The notes under the pieces: model-generated
What the model was told of the DNA's origin: nothing
The model's database searches: none
The model's input: the letters and a program-made list of their open reading frames with translations, nothing else
Translations under genes and position numbers: made by a program
In this document: one piece after another, positions 27,927 through 38,450 of the stretch
Layout of the letters: each line of letters begins with the position of its first letter
How positions within the stretch are numbered: position 1 is the first letter of the stretch
Assembly: GCA_038231435.1 (NCBI GenBank)
Contig: JBBRLJ010000007.1
Span: 32,001 to 96,000 of the forward strand
Source: Planctomycetota bacterium
Lineage (GTDB): Bacteria > Planctomycetota > UBA11346
DNA: 64,000 nucleotides
Reading direction: 5' to 3'

Positions 27927-27962
27927 ATGGTTCCAGCGGTCGGATCATGGGAAGCGGAAGCG

Positions 27963-28007
27963 GGAATGCGGAAGAGCCGGGCTGCGACGCCGACGCTTCC
28001 GCATTCC
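27963..28007. repeat. 12-bp perfect inverted repeat between convergent genes
   Basis: GGAATGCGGAAG-N21-CTTCCGCATTCC. Confidence 0.6.
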
Positions 28008-28141
28008 TTCGTCTGCTCAGTGGATCAGTGCTGTCCGTCCTGGTCTTCCACGACGACGACCGCTCCCTGAGCGCATGATCGTGAGCGGGGTGTGCGAGCG
28101 ATCAGGAGAAAGCTCCGGCGACATCCGTCGCCTAGGGAAGG

Positions 28142-28498
28142 CTATCTGATTCCATGGCGTTCATTGAAGTCGGCCAGCAGGCGCTCGGTCATCTGCGGCG
28201 CATCCTTGTCGACCTGGACGATCACCGTCTCGTGGTTGGGCCCCGCTCCCACATAGGTCTTCACCTTGGTCGGCTCGACCTCGTGGCTCTTCAGGAATCT
28301 CGCCCAGGCGGGCTCCTGCCCGAACAGGTATATCCGCGCTTCGAAGAGCTCTTCTCCATAGAAGGGCGTGAACGCGCCGCCCGTGTGGAAACTGCCCGGA
28401 GCGGGCGAGATTCCGGAAGGTCCGTCGGTGGGATGACGCGAGCCATCGCCACAGGCGCACAGGGTGAGGATGGCGAGAGCGAGGGCGAGACGAGGCAT
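28142..28498 (-). CDS. Small hypothetical lipoprotein
   Basis: MPRLALALAILTLCAC lipobox; AAGGAG SD; coding-like codon usage. Confidence 0.75.
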   Translation of the reverse strand: MPRLALALAILTLCACGDGSRHPTDGPSGISPAPGSFHTGGAFTPFYGEELFEARIYLFGQEPAWARFLKSHEVEPTKVKTYVGAGPNHETVIVQVDKDAPQMTERLLADFNERHGIR

Positions 28499-28598
28499 GC
28501 GATCTCCTTGGATGCCGAACCGTATCCTCGCTGAACAAGATCCGATGAAGTCATGGGGTAGATTTCAGGTGGATGGCCGTTCCTGGATCCACCGCATT

Positions 28599-28626
28599 CG
28601 TCATCCGTCGCTCATCACGGCTTCAT
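28599..28626 (+). promoter_or_regulatory. PHO-box-like triple direct repeat
   Basis: CGTCAT-CCGTC-GCTCAT-CACGG-CTTCAT, 11-bp period. Confidence 0.6.
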
Positions 28627-28660
28627 CCTTCCTGGGATGATGGGAGGCAAGGAGCAGGAT

Positions 28661-29041
28661 ATGACCATCGACATCGTTGTGGATATCGAAGCCGAGATCG
28701 AATCCTTCATTTCCGGAGGCATCCCGGCAATCGGATCGTGGACCCGCGCGGCGCCCTCAAGGCCGCGCCGTTATGCGAGCGATGGATTCGCCCAAGGCGT
28801 ATTGCTCGACCGACTGGAGGCGTCTGGCTTCATCCACGAGCATCTGCCGACCCTCGAGATCTGGTTGGCCGGAGGCGAAAGCGAATGCTGCCACGGCAGC
28901 AGGTTCACCCACCTCGTGTCAGGCCGCTACATCCAGACGTATCATGGCGATGCCGGAGTGGCGCTGGCGAGCGCCGCGCTCATGGCATTGCGCCACTGTG
29001 CCCGGGGCGAGGTCATCCCAACGCTTCCGGCTCGCCGATGA
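28661..29041 (+). CDS. Hypothetical protein (126 aa), possibly phage ABA-sandwich-like fold
   Basis: AGGAG SD; PRRYASD...LLDRLE and terminal VALASAALMAL pattern. Confidence 0.55.
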   Translation: MTIDIVVDIEAEIESFISGGIPAIGSWTRAAPSRPRRYASDGFAQGVLLDRLEASGFIHEHLPTLEIWLAGGESECCHGSRFTHLVSGRYIQTYHGDAGVALASAALMALRHCARGEVIPTLPARR

Positions 29042-29087
29042 CATGGATTCCTCCTGGCGGCAGAGGCCGTGGCATTCGAGGCCGGAC

Positions 29088-29126
29088 GTTCACGGCGCCT
29101 TCCGCCCGCCTTCATCATTCCTTAAC
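29088..29126 (+). promoter_or_regulatory. PHO box array upstream of pstS
   Basis: GTTCAC-N5-CTTCCG-N5-CTTCAT-N5-CTTAAC, four units at 11-bp period. Confidence 0.7.
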
Positions 29127-29167
29127 CGTCCGTCGATAGCATCCCTTCCAACCCACCAGGAGATCCC

Positions 29168-30136
29168 ATGTCCTTCATGAACGCCTTGTCCCAATCGTGC
29201 GCCCTGGTGATCGCTGCCGCGATCGCCGCGCCGTCGGTCTTCGCGCTTGAGGTGGATGCTGGCATCAAGCCCTACGAGCAGGCCAGCGGCGTATCGGGCA
29301 ATCTCAACAGCATCGGCTCGGACACACTCAACAACGTCATGACCTTCTGGGCGGAAGGGTTCCAGTCGGTCTATCCCAACGTGAAGATCCAGATCGAGGG
29401 CAAGGGCTCGACCACCGCGCCCCCGGCGCTCACTGCCGGTACCGCGCAGCTGGGTCCCATGAGCCGGCAGATGAAGAAGGAGGAGATCGACGCCTTCGAG
29501 AAGAAGTACGGCTACAAGCCCACCGAATTCCGCGTCGCCATCGACGGCCTCGCCGTGTTCGTGCACAAGGACAATCCCATCACCGGGCTGACCCTCCAGC
29601 AAATCGACGGCATGTTCTCATCCACGCTCAAGCGCGAAGGCAAGGATATCGGCGATTGGGGCGACATCATTCCGGCGTGGAAGGGCAAGTCGGTTTCGCT
29701 CTACGGCCGCAACAGCGCCTCTGGCACCTACGGCTACTTCAAGGAGCACGCGCTCAAGAAGGGCGACTACAAGAGCTCGGTGAAGGAGCAGCCGGGTTCC
29801 TCGGCGGTGGTGCAGGGCGTCGCCTCCGACGTGACCGGCATCGGCTACTCGGGCATCGGCTACGTGACCTCGAGCGTGAAGGCCCTGCCGCTGGGCGAGA
29901 AGGCCGACGCGCTGGTCGAGCCGACGTATGAGAACTGCCTGAGCGGCAAGTATCCGCTCGCGCGCTTCCTCTATGTGTACGTGAACAAGAAGCCGGGCCA
30001 GCCGCTCGATGCGCTCACCGGCGCGTTCATCACGTACATCCAGTCGAAGGAAGGCCAGGAGATCGTGATCAAGGACGGCTACTTCCCGCTGACCGCGAAG
30101 TTTGTCGACGAGGAATTGGCCAAGCTGGCCAAGTGA
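29168..30136 (+). CDS. pstS: Phosphate ABC transporter substrate-binding protein
   Basis: SIGSDTL, IEGKGSTTAPPAL, YGRNSASGTYGYF, YPLARFLYVY. Confidence 0.97.
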   Translation: MSFMNALSQSCALVIAAAIAAPSVFALEVDAGIKPYEQASGVSGNLNSIGSDTLNNVMTFWAEGFQSVYPNVKIQIEGKGSTTAPPALTAGTAQLGPMSRQMKKEEIDAFEKKYGYKPTEFRVAIDGLAVFVHKDNPITGLTLQQIDGMFSSTLKREGKDIGDWGDIIPAWKGKSVSLYGRNSASGTYGYFKEHALKKGDYKSSVKEQPGSSAVVQGVASDVTGIGYSGIGYVTSSVKALPLGEKADALVEPTYENCLSGKYPLARFLYVYVNKKPGQPLDALTGAFITYIQSKEGQEIVIKDGYFPLTAKFVDEELAKLAK

Positions 30137-30191
30137 CGGTATCGATCTCCGGATTTCCCGGATGGCCGGATCTTCGTGCTCCGGAGATCGC

Positions 30192-32486
30192 ATGGAGCGT
30201 GACGTGACGAATGAGGATCGGGCGGGTATGGCGCCGCCAGCCGAGCGTTTCAGGACCGTGCGATCCACCCTGATCGTGGACCGGGTCATGACCGGGATCA
30301 TCAAGATCGGCGGGCTCGGCATCATCGTGACCGTCTTCGCGATCTTCGGCTTCATCGTCTGGCAGATCGTGCCGCTGTTCCGTGGCGCCAGCGTGGCCGA
30401 GGCCGGGACCATGCAGGCGCCGCCGGGTAAGGCCATGGCGATCGGCATCGACGAATGGGGCGAACGGCCTTTCGTGGCCTATGCGGATGGCACCGTGGCG
30501 TTCCTCGGTGCGGGCAGCGACGGCCGCACCACGGTCCTCCCCGAAGGGGTGCGACCGACCTGCGTGCACTACGATCTCCGCACGCAGAGCCTGGCCATGG
30601 GCACCGACGACGGCACCATCGTGCGCGTCGGGATCTCGTACTCCGCCGAATTCGCCGACGGCAAGCGCGTCATCACGGCATCGGCGAGCGGCGACGAGGC
30701 GCTGCGGATCGGTCCGAAGGGCGTTCCGCTGGTTGCGGTTGCGATCGGCGATTCAGGCGGAGACAAACTGGCCGCGGCCATCCTCGGGACCACGGGCAAG
30801 CGATCGGTGATGGCACTCGTGCTCGAGCATGAGGAAGGTCTGCTGGGATCAGCCGGCGCTGCGTCGGGTTCCACCGAGCCGATCGACCTCACCAGCCTGG
30901 TGCCTGGAACGCCGGAGCGGCTCCTGGTCGATGATCGCGCCGAGAGCATCCTGGTGATGACGCGCGAAGGTGATGTCTGCTATCTCTTCCGCCAGGGTCA
31001 CGCCTTCGAACGCCGACAAATATTCGCTCCATTCGGCGACCTGCCGGTACGCGCCATCGCCTCGATGGACTATTTGCTCGGCGACGTGTCGGCGGTGCTG
31101 ACCTCGCCCACCGGCGAGAACCGCATCTTCAGCCTCTATTACCATCCGGGCGCCGATAAACGCACCTTCGGCCAGACCAAGGAACTCGCCGCCCTTCCCG
31201 GCCCGGCCCTCGGATACGCCGCGAGCACGCGCAACAAGGCGTTCGCCGTGATCTCTGGCTCGATCGCATCCCTGCGCTACGGCACCACCGCGCAGGTCCG
31301 TTGGCAGAAAGCGTTGCCGTTCGAGCCATCGGCAGTCACCATCAACGGCAAGTACGATCGCATGGCGCTGCTCGACGGCGAGAACCGCCTGCACCTGATG
31401 ACCGTCCATGATCCGCATCCCGAGGCCGGCATCCGCGCGTTGTTCGGCAAGGTCTGGTACGAGGGCGCGCCGGAAGCCAAGTTCGAATGGCAGTCGACCG
31501 GTGGCTCAGACGACTTCGAGCCGAAGCTGTCGATGGTGAACCTGCTGTTCGGCACCATCAAAGGCACGTTCTACGCGATGCTGTTCGCGGTGCCCATCGC
31601 CATCCTCGGCGCGGTCTATACCGCCGAGTTCATGCGGCCCTCGTACCGCAGCGTGATCAAGCCCACGGTCGAGATCATGGCCTCGCTGCCGTCGGTGGTG
31701 CTGGGCTTCCTCGCTGCGCAATGGCTGGCGCCGCTGATCGAGAACCGCGTGCCGTCGGTGCTGCTGCTCATCATCCTGCTGCCGGCTTCCGCCTTCACCG
31801 TCGGCTGGGGGTGGTCCAGGATGCCGATGCGCTGGCGCAGCAGGCTCAAGCCCGGCCAGGAGTTCATCGCCTTCCTGCCGATCCTGGCCCTGGTGGCGTG
31901 GGGCGCATGGCTGCTCGGGCCGCTGGTCGAGCGCGCCGTGTTCACGGTTCCGGATCCCCACGGCGGCGGACGGATAGCAGACTTCCGCATGTGGTGGGAG
32001 TCCTTCTCTGGCGCTAAGTTCGAGCAGCGCAATTCTTTGGTGGTGGGCTTCATGATGGGCTTCGCCGTCATCCCCATCATCTTCACCATCGCCGAGGACG
32101 CGCTCTCGAACGTGCCGCGGGCCTTGCGCTCCGGTTCGCTCGCGCTGGGCGCCAGCCGCTGGCAGACCGCGATGAGCGTGGTGGTGCCGACCGCGTCCGC
32201 CGGCGTCTTCTCGGCGCTCATGATCGGCCTCGGGCGCGCGATCGGCGAGACCATGATCGTGGTCATGGCGACTGGCAACACGCCGATCATGGATTTCGAC
32301 ATCTTCAACGGCCTGCGCACCTTGTCGGCGAACATCGCGGTCGAGCTACCCGAGGCTTCGGAGGGGGGGACGCTATACCGCACCCTATTCCTGGGTGCGC
32401 TGTTGCTGTTCCTGATGACCTTCGTCATCAACACCGTCGCAGAGGTGCTGCGCCAGCACCTGCGCGAGAAATACAAGACTTCGTGA
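30192..32486 (+). CDS. pstC: Phosphate ABC transporter permease PstC, long form with a large periplasmic domain
   Basis: KPTVEIMASLPSVVLG, SLALGASRWQT, GRAIGETMIV, RTLSANIAVE. Confidence 0.95.
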   Translation: MERDVTNEDRAGMAPPAERFRTVRSTLIVDRVMTGIIKIGGLGIIVTVFAIFGFIVWQIVPLFRGASVAEAGTMQAPPGKAMAIGIDEWGERPFVAYADGTVAFLGAGSDGRTTVLPEGVRPTCVHYDLRTQSLAMGTDDGTIVRVGISYSAEFADGKRVITASASGDEALRIGPKGVPLVAVAIGDSGGDKLAAAILGTTGKRSVMALVLEHEEGLLGSAGAASGSTEPIDLTSLVPGTPERLLVDDRAESILVMTREGDVCYLFRQGHAFERRQIFAPFGDLPVRAIASMDYLLGDVSAVLTSPTGENRIFSLYYHPGADKRTFGQTKELAALPGPALGYAASTRNKAFAVISGSIASLRYGTTAQVRWQKALPFEPSAVTINGKYDRMALLDGENRLHLMTVHDPHPEAGIRALFGKVWYEGAPEAKFEWQSTGGSDDFEPKLSMVNLLFGTIKGTFYAMLFAVPIAILGAVYTAEFMRPSYRSVIKPTVEIMASLPSVVLGFLAAQWLAPLIENRVPSVLLLIILLPASAFTVGWGWSRMPMRWRSRLKPGQEFIAFLPILALVAWGAWLLGPLVERAVFTVPDPHGGGRIADFRMWWESFSGAKFEQRNSLVVGFMMGFAVIPIIFTIAEDALSNVPRALRSGSLALGASRWQTAMSVVVPTASAGVFSALMIGLGRAIGETMIVVMATGNTPIMDFDIFNGLRTLSANIAVELPEASEGGTLYRTLFLGALLLFLMTFVINTVAEVLRQHLREKYKTS

Positions 32487-34129
32487 TGGATCTCCCCGTG
32501 ACCACCGCCGTGAAGCCCGTGCGCCGCACGCCTGGCGAACCCATGGTCTGGGTGACGGCCATGGGGCTCGCCATCGGCCTGGCCATGGTCGCCGGCCTGC
32601 TCGGCGTCATCGTCTGGCATGGGATCGGCGTGTTCTGGCCGAAACGCATCGAGCTCTTCCGGCTCGTGGCCGCCGATGCCGGCACGACGACGGTCGGCGG
32701 AGTGGTGGTCAAGCGCCAGGACAAATCGCCAGAGATCGGCAAGCCGCCGGTGCCCGAGATCCAGATCTACACCGGCAATCGCGACGTGTACGGGCTCGCC
32801 TTCCGCTACCTCGATGTCGCGAACATCGCCGGTTCGTCGCGACCCGACGATGCGCTGGTGGTCGAACGCATGCAGAACGGGAACCTGCTCGGACAGCCCG
32901 CGCGGATCGAGCTCAAGGGCGGGCAGTCGGTGGATGCGGCTGATCCGGAGTTCACCTCTCGCCTGGACACGCTGCTCGCCGAGGCGACCCGCCGCCGTGC
33001 AGAGATCCACCATCTCGAGAAGCAGGTCATCGGCGCCAATGCATCGCAGATCCGCCAGCTCGAGACCCGCCTGCGCGCGGCCGCTCCGGGCTCGAACGAG
33101 GTGCAACAAGACCAGGCCCGGCTCGCCAGCCTCAAGGCCACGTATGCGGAGCTCTCGGCGAGCGCCAAGGAGCTGCGCGGGCACCAGAACGACCACCATC
33201 TGGTGGTGCGGCTCTTCACCGGCGAGCAGAAGAGCGTTCCACTGGGCGAAGTGGTCTCGTTCCATTTCCCGAACCGCATGGGCTTCACGGCCCGGGCGGT
33301 GGCGTTCTTCGCCAACGCCTGGGGATTCGTGAGCGGGAGTCCGCGCGAATCCAACACCGAGGGCGGCATCTTTCCCGCCATCTTCGGCACGTTCGTCATG
33401 ACTCTGTTGATGAGCGTGGTGGTGGTGCCGTTCGGCGTGGTCGCCGCCATCTACCTGCGCGAATACGCCAAGCAGGGCCCGGTGGTGCGCGCGGTGCGCA
33501 TCGCGGTGAACAATCTTGCGGGTGTGCCGTCGATCGTCTTCGGCGTGTTCGGCCTGGGGTTCTTCGTCTATGTCGTGGGTGGCAGCATCGATCGGGCCTT
33601 CTTCAGCCAGAACCTGCCCAACCCCACCTTCGGCACCGGCGGCATCGGCTGGGCGGCGCTGACCCTGGCGTTGATGACGGTGCCGGTGGTGATCGTCGCC
33701 ACCGAGGAATCCATAGCAGCGGTACCGCGCGGAGCGCGCGAAGGCAGCCTCGCCTGCGGAGCGTCGAAGTGGCAGACCATCCGTAGCATCGTGCTGCCTG
33801 CGGCGGTGCCCGGCATCCTCACCGGGCTGATCCTGGCGATGGCGCGCGGCGCCGGTGAGGTCGCGCCGTTGATGCTCGTCGGAGTGGTGAAGCTGGCGCC
33901 CAGCCTGCCTGTCGATCTCGAGTATCCGTTCGTGCATCTCGACCAGAAGTTCATGCACCTGGGCTTCCACATCTACGACCTCGGCTTCCAGTCGCCCGAT
34001 TCGGAGGCCGCCAAGCCGATGGTGTTCGCGACCACGCTGTTCCTCATCCTGCTGGTGGTGGTGCTGAACCTCGGCGCCATCATGCTGCGTGAACGTTTGC
34101 GCCGCAGATTCGCGACCTCCACCTTCTGA
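32486..34129 (+). CDS. pstA: Phosphate ABC transporter permease PstA, long form
   Basis: [39 protein letters not shown] overlap with the pstC stop. Confidence 0.95.
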   Translation: MDLPVTTAVKPVRRTPGEPMVWVTAMGLAIGLAMVAGLLGVIVWHGIGVFWPKRIELFRLVAADAGTTTVGGVVVKRQDKSPEIGKPPVPEIQIYTGNRDVYGLAFRYLDVANIAGSSRPDDALVVERMQNGNLLGQPARIELKGGQSVDAADPEFTSRLDTLLAEATRRRAEIHHLEKQVIGANASQIRQLETRLRAAAPGSNEVQQDQARLASLKATYAELSASAKELRGHQNDHHLVVRLFTGEQKSVPLGEVVSFHFPNRMGFTARAVAFFANAWGFVSGSPRESNTEGGIFPAIFGTFVMTLLMSVVVVPFGVVAAIYLREYAKQGPVVRAVRIAVNNLAGVPSIVFGVFGLGFFVYVVGGSIDRAFFSQNLPNPTFGTGGIGWAALTLALMTVPVVIVATEESIAAVPRGAREGSLACGASKWQTIRSIVLPAAVPGILTGLILAMARGAGEVAPLMLVGVVKLAPSLPVDLEYPFVHLDQKFMHLGFHIYDLGFQSPDSEAAKPMVFATTLFLILLVVVLNLGAIMLRERLRRRFATSTF

Positions 34130-34146
34130 CCGGATCCAGCAACCCA

Positions 34147-35043
34147 GTGAACGATCCAGTGAATGACCAAGCGAAAGACCTGCACCTCATGGACCAGAAG
34201 ATCGCGTCACCGCCGCCGAACATGACCGCCCCGGCCGCTGCGTCCGCCGCATCCGCTCAGGCCGCGGGCGAGCTCCAGGGCGAACCCCGCGCCGGATACA
34301 TCAGCATCCGCGACTACGACTTCATGTACGGCGCCAACCAGGTGCTGTTCAAGATCAGCATGGAGATTCCCGCGCGCAAGGTGACCGCCCTGATCGGGCC
34401 GTCAGGCTGCGGCAAGTCGACCCTGCTGCGCAATCTCAACCGCATGAACGATCTGATCGATGGGGTTTCGCATCGCGGCGACATCCTGATCGATGGCCAC
34501 ACCATCTACGATCCCCACATCGAGGTCACCACGCTGCGCAAGCGCGTCGGCATGGTGTTCCAGAAATCGAATCCGTTCCCCAAGTCGATCTACGAGAACG
34601 TCGTCTACGGCCTGCGCGTGGCGGGCGGATACACCAAGCAGCAGCTCGATCGCGCCTGCGAAGAGGCCTTGCGCTCATCGGCCCTGTGGGACGAGGTCAA
34701 GGATCGCCTCGGAGCGAGCGCCCTCGGGCTGTCGGGTGGTCAGCAGCAGCGCCTGTGCATCGCGCGCGCGATCGCCATCCGTCCAGAAGTCCTGCTGATG
34801 GACGAGCCGTGCTCGGCACTCGACCCGATCGCCACCGGCAAGATCGAGGAGCTCATCACCGAGCTGAAGAAGGATTTCACGCTGGTGATCGTCACGCACA
34901 ATATGCAGCAGGCCGCTCGCTGCTCGGACCGCACCGCGTTCTTCTACCTCGGCAAGCTCATCGAGTACGACACCACCTTGAAGATCTTCACCACCCCGGC
35001 GCAGAAGCAGACCGAGGACTACATCACCGGACGTTTCGGTTGA
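34147..35043 (+). CDS. pstB: Phosphate ABC transporter ATPase
   Basis: [39 protein letters not shown]; start uncertain. Confidence 0.97.
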   Translation: MNDPVNDQAKDLHLMDQKIASPPPNMTAPAAASAASAQAAGELQGEPRAGYISIRDYDFMYGANQVLFKISMEIPARKVTALIGPSGCGKSTLLRNLNRMNDLIDGVSHRGDILIDGHTIYDPHIEVTTLRKRVGMVFQKSNPFPKSIYENVVYGLRVAGGYTKQQLDRACEEALRSSALWDEVKDRLGASALGLSGGQQQRLCIARAIAIRPEVLLMDEPCSALDPIATGKIEELITELKKDFTLVIVTHNMQQAARCSDRTAFFYLGKLIEYDTTLKIFTTPAQKQTEDYITGRFG

Positions 35044-35071
35044 ATCATCCGAAGGAAGAGAGCGCACTACC

Positions 35072-35743
35072 ATGAACCAGATCAGGCATTTCGACATCGA
35101 TCTCGCGGAGCTCAAGCGCACGTTGGTGAGCATGGGCAACCTCGTCGAGCGCTCGCTCGAGATGGCGGTCAAGACCATCCTTCAGCCCACCATGGAGGTG
35201 CGCGATGAGGTGGGCAGCATCGAGGAGCAGATCGATGCGCTCGAGACCACTATCGAGGAGCGTTGCCACCAGATCATCGCCCTGCAGTCGCCCATGGCCA
35301 AGGACCTGCGCTTCCTGATCTCGGCCACGCGCATCACCTCTGATCTCGAGCAGGTCGGGGATCTCGCCGAATCGGTGGCCAAGCGCGCGCATTACATCGC
35401 TCGCCACCAGCTGGTGCGCAATCCCGAGGAACTCGGCACGCTCGGCGCGCTCGCCCGCGAGATGGTCCACCAGGCGCTCGAGGCGTTCGTCTCCGGAGAG
35501 GCCGAGACCGCGAAGCGCATCCTGCTCGAGGAAGACGACGCGGATCGCTTGACCAAGGAGTGCTACAAGGGCATCCAGCAGGCCATGCAGGCCCAGCCCG
35601 AGCTGATCAAGGAATACACCCACCTGCTGCGCGCGGTCGGCCATCTCGAGCACGCGGCGGACATCGCGGTGTCGATCGCCGAGGAGGCCGTCTACATCCA
35701 CCGTGGCCAGCTCATCCGCCACCAGCACCACCTGGACAGCTGA
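35072..35743 (+). CDS. phoU: Phosphate signalling protein PhoU
   Basis: IALQSPMAKDLR...DLEQVGD; LEHAAD...IAE. Confidence 0.95.
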   Translation: MNQIRHFDIDLAELKRTLVSMGNLVERSLEMAVKTILQPTMEVRDEVGSIEEQIDALETTIEERCHQIIALQSPMAKDLRFLISATRITSDLEQVGDLAESVAKRAHYIARHQLVRNPEELGTLGALAREMVHQALEAFVSGEAETAKRILLEEDDADRLTKECYKGIQQAMQAQPELIKEYTHLLRAVGHLEHAADIAVSIAEEAVYIHRGQLIRHQHHLDS

Positions 35744-35750
35744 GGAACCG

Positions 35751-36443
35751 ATGTCGCGCATCCTGGTCATCGAGGACGAACCTGACATCCAGGCCCTGCT
35801 GCGCTACAACCTCCAGCGCGAAGGCCACGACGTGACCGTGGCCTCAACCGGCGCGGACGGGCTCCATGAGGCGCGGCGCCAGCCCTTCGATCTGGTGCTG
35901 CTCGACCTCATGCTCCCGGATCGCGACGGCCTCGAGGTCTGCCGCGTGATGCGTTCGGGGAAGGACATGGCCGCGGTGCCGATCATCATGGTCACCGCGA
36001 AAGGGGACGAGAGCGAGGTGGTCCTGGGTCTGGGCATGGGCGCAGACGACTACGTCACCAAGCCCTTCCGGGTGAAGGAGCTCATGGCGCGCATCAAGGT
36101 GCGCCTGGTGCGCAACCGCGAGGAGGCGATCGACGCCGAGAAGCGCCGCATCCAGCTCGGAACCATGGTCATCGACCCGGTGCGCCACAAGGTCACCATT
36201 GCCGACGAGGCTGCCGCGCTGACGCTTACCGAGTTCAAGCTGTTGCACTTCCTGGCCCTGCATCCCGGGATCGCCTACAGCCGCTACGACATCCTCGAGC
36301 GCATCGTCGGCGGCGATTCGGTGGTCACCGATCGCACCATCGACGTCCACGTGCGCAACCTGCGTGCCAAGATCACGCCCTATGGCGGTCTCATCGAGAC
36401 CGTGCGCGGCGTCGGCTATCGCTTCAGCGATGCGCCGTTGTAG
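35751..36443 (+). CDS. phoB: OmpR/PhoB-family response regulator
   Basis: ILVIEDE, LLDLMLP, GADDYVTKPF, RTIDVHV..LR, TVRGVGY; position in the pst operon. Confidence 0.9.
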   Translation: MSRILVIEDEPDIQALLRYNLQREGHDVTVASTGADGLHEARRQPFDLVLLDLMLPDRDGLEVCRVMRSGKDMAAVPIIMVTAKGDESEVVLGLGMGADDYVTKPFRVKELMARIKVRLVRNREEAIDAEKRRIQLGTMVIDPVRHKVTIADEAAALTLTEFKLLHFLALHPGIAYSRYDILERIVGGDSVVTDRTIDVHVRNLRAKITPYGGLIETVRGVGYRFSDAPL

Positions 36444-36508
36444 ACAACGTCCGTGATGCCGTTGCCGCCTATCTCCACGCTCGTGCCCGAGTCCGGGGTG
36501 ATCTCGCC

Positions 36509-38251
36509 ATGAACCGCTGGTGGCGCATCGCCGCTGCCGGGTTCACGCTCGCTGCCGGGCTCACCCTGCTCGCCGTGGTGGTGTGGCTGTCGCTGTCGTA
36601 CCAGTACCGCGAGCTCGAGAATACCGTCCAGGCCGCACTCGAAGCCCAGGAGCTCGACGAGGCCGCCATCATCGCAGCCTTGGCCGGACCGGATCCGCAG
36701 CGCGACTTGGCGGCCTGGAACGCGCTGAAGCTGCCGGATCGGCGCCGCTTGACGGTGATCGCACCGGACGGAGGCGTGCTCTACGACTCGGCCGCCGATC
36801 CCGGGCACATGGAGAACCACAACAGTCGGCCTGAGGTGGTGCAGGCGCGCGCGACCGGATCCGGTGTCAGCAGGCGCATCAGCGATACCGTCGGCATCGC
36901 CTTCATCTACGCGGCGCGGGCGCTGCCCGACGGACGGGTGGTGCGCGTCGCCGCGCCGTTCACCATCGAGACCGCACTGGTGCGGGGCATCTTCTCGTCG
37001 ATGGCCGCGGCGACGCTGCTGGTGGCGGCGTCGGCGGCGGCGCTGGTGGCGCTGAACCTCTGGCGCAACCGCTACCGTTTCCGCGAGCTGCGCGAAGTGT
37101 CGCGCGCCTTCTCGCGCGGCGAATTCAGCCGGCGCGCGATCGCGGGAGGACGCGGGACCTACGCCTCGCTCGGCTTGGAGCTCAACCAGCTCGGCGAGCG
37201 CCTGCAGGAGACCCTCCACGATCTCGCGGCGAGCCGCGAACTGCTCGACGGCGCGCTCGGCGCGCTCGCCGAGGGGGTGGCGTGCGTGGACCGGCTCGAT
37301 CGTGTCCTCTACGCCAATCCGGCGTGGCGTCAGCTCGCCGCGGGAGGGGGGGATGTCGCCGGGCAGCTCTTCTATGAGCACCTGCCCGCGGCTCCACTCG
37401 CTGCTCCTTTGAGTCTGGCGCGCGCCGCGGCCACCGACGGTGGCTCGCAGACATCGGCCTTCGAGCATCGTCGCCGCCACCTGCAGGCGGTGGTGGCCCC
37501 GGCTGGCGAGGTCACGGTCATCATCCTGCACGACGTCACCGAGGTCCGGCGCGCCGAGCAGGCGCGGCGCGACTTCATGTCCGGGGTCAGCCACGAATTC
37601 AAGACCCCGCTCACCTCGATCCAGGGCTTCACCGACACCCTACTGGACGGCGCCCTCGACGATCGCGCGGTGGCCAGGGATTTCGTCGCCAAGATATCGA
37701 AACATGCCGAGCGGCTGTCGGTCCTGGTCAACGATGTGCTGACGCTGGCGCGGCTCGAGCAGGGATCCTGGGAGGTCCGTCCGGAAACACTCGACCTGGC
37801 CGCCCTCGGACGGGCGATCCTCGACGAGTTCCACGCCATGGCCGACGCCAAGCGCGTGCGGCTGGCGCTCGATGCTCCGGCGGCGATGCCGGTAGTCAGC
37901 GATCCCGAGCTCCTGCGCCAGCTGATCGGAAATCTGGTGTCCAATGCCATTCGCTACAACCGCGAAGGCGGTTCGGCAATCCTGGCCATCGCCGATGCCG
38001 ATGGCCAGGTGCGCATCACCGTCTCGGATACCGGCATCGGCATTTCGGCCGAGCATCGCGAGCGCGTGTTCGAACGCTTCTACCGCGTCGATGCCCATCG
38101 CAGCCGCCAGACCGGCGGCACCGGTCTTGGGCTGGCGATCGTCAAGCAGCTCGTCGACATCCTCGCGGGTTCGATCCGCCTGCTGAGTGACGATCGCGGA
38201 ACCGTGTTCGAAGTGTCGATCCCACGCCGCCTGCCCGGCGCCGCGACATAG
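36509..38251 (+). CDS. phoR: Sensor histidine kinase PhoR
   Basis: MENHNSRPEV, PAS-like segment, SHEFKTPLTSI, NLVSNAIRY, FERFYRVD, GGTGLGLAIVK. Confidence 0.92.
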   Translation: MNRWWRIAAAGFTLAAGLTLLAVVVWLSLSYQYRELENTVQAALEAQELDEAAIIAALAGPDPQRDLAAWNALKLPDRRRLTVIAPDGGVLYDSAADPGHMENHNSRPEVVQARATGSGVSRRISDTVGIAFIYAARALPDGRVVRVAAPFTIETALVRGIFSSMAAATLLVAASAAALVALNLWRNRYRFRELREVSRAFSRGEFSRRAIAGGRGTYASLGLELNQLGERLQETLHDLAASRELLDGALGALAEGVACVDRLDRVLYANPAWRQLAAGGGDVAGQLFYEHLPAAPLAAPLSLARAAATDGGSQTSAFEHRRRHLQAVVAPAGEVTVIILHDVTEVRRAEQARRDFMSGVSHEFKTPLTSIQGFTDTLLDGALDDRAVARDFVAKISKHAERLSVLVNDVLTLARLEQGSWEVRPETLDLAALGRAILDEFHAMADAKRVRLALDAPAAMPVVSDPELLRQLIGNLVSNAIRYNREGGSAILAIADADGQVRITVSDTGIGISAEHRERVFERFYRVDAHRSRQTGGTGLGLAIVKQLVDILAGSIRLLSDDRGTVFEVSIPRRLPGAAT

Positions 38252-38450
38252 GTCCGTATCTTCGCTCGCGCGCCCAGGCGGGGCGGCGCCATGTCCGCGC
38301 CGTGCCGATAAGACCACGCAGGGATCCAGGCGACTGATCGCCGTGGATCTGCGCGATGGATTCGCGCGATCGGAATGTACCATCGATGGTTACACCATGG
38401 CCCTTGCCGCCGCTCCCAGACGACGTCCTGCATCGCGCAGCGAAAGTCCC

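Noticed and set aside
31616..33970. 784-aa minus-strand ORF, and similar long antisense ORFs such as 20163-22292, 41488-43698, 15739-17367 and 13553-15187
   Set aside because: Shadow ORFs opposite well-supported genes, expected in high-GC DNA; no motifs
30192..34129. Unusually long PstC and PstA as a novelty
   Set aside because: Long forms with periplasmic insertions are already known, for example in Pseudomonas-type pst operons
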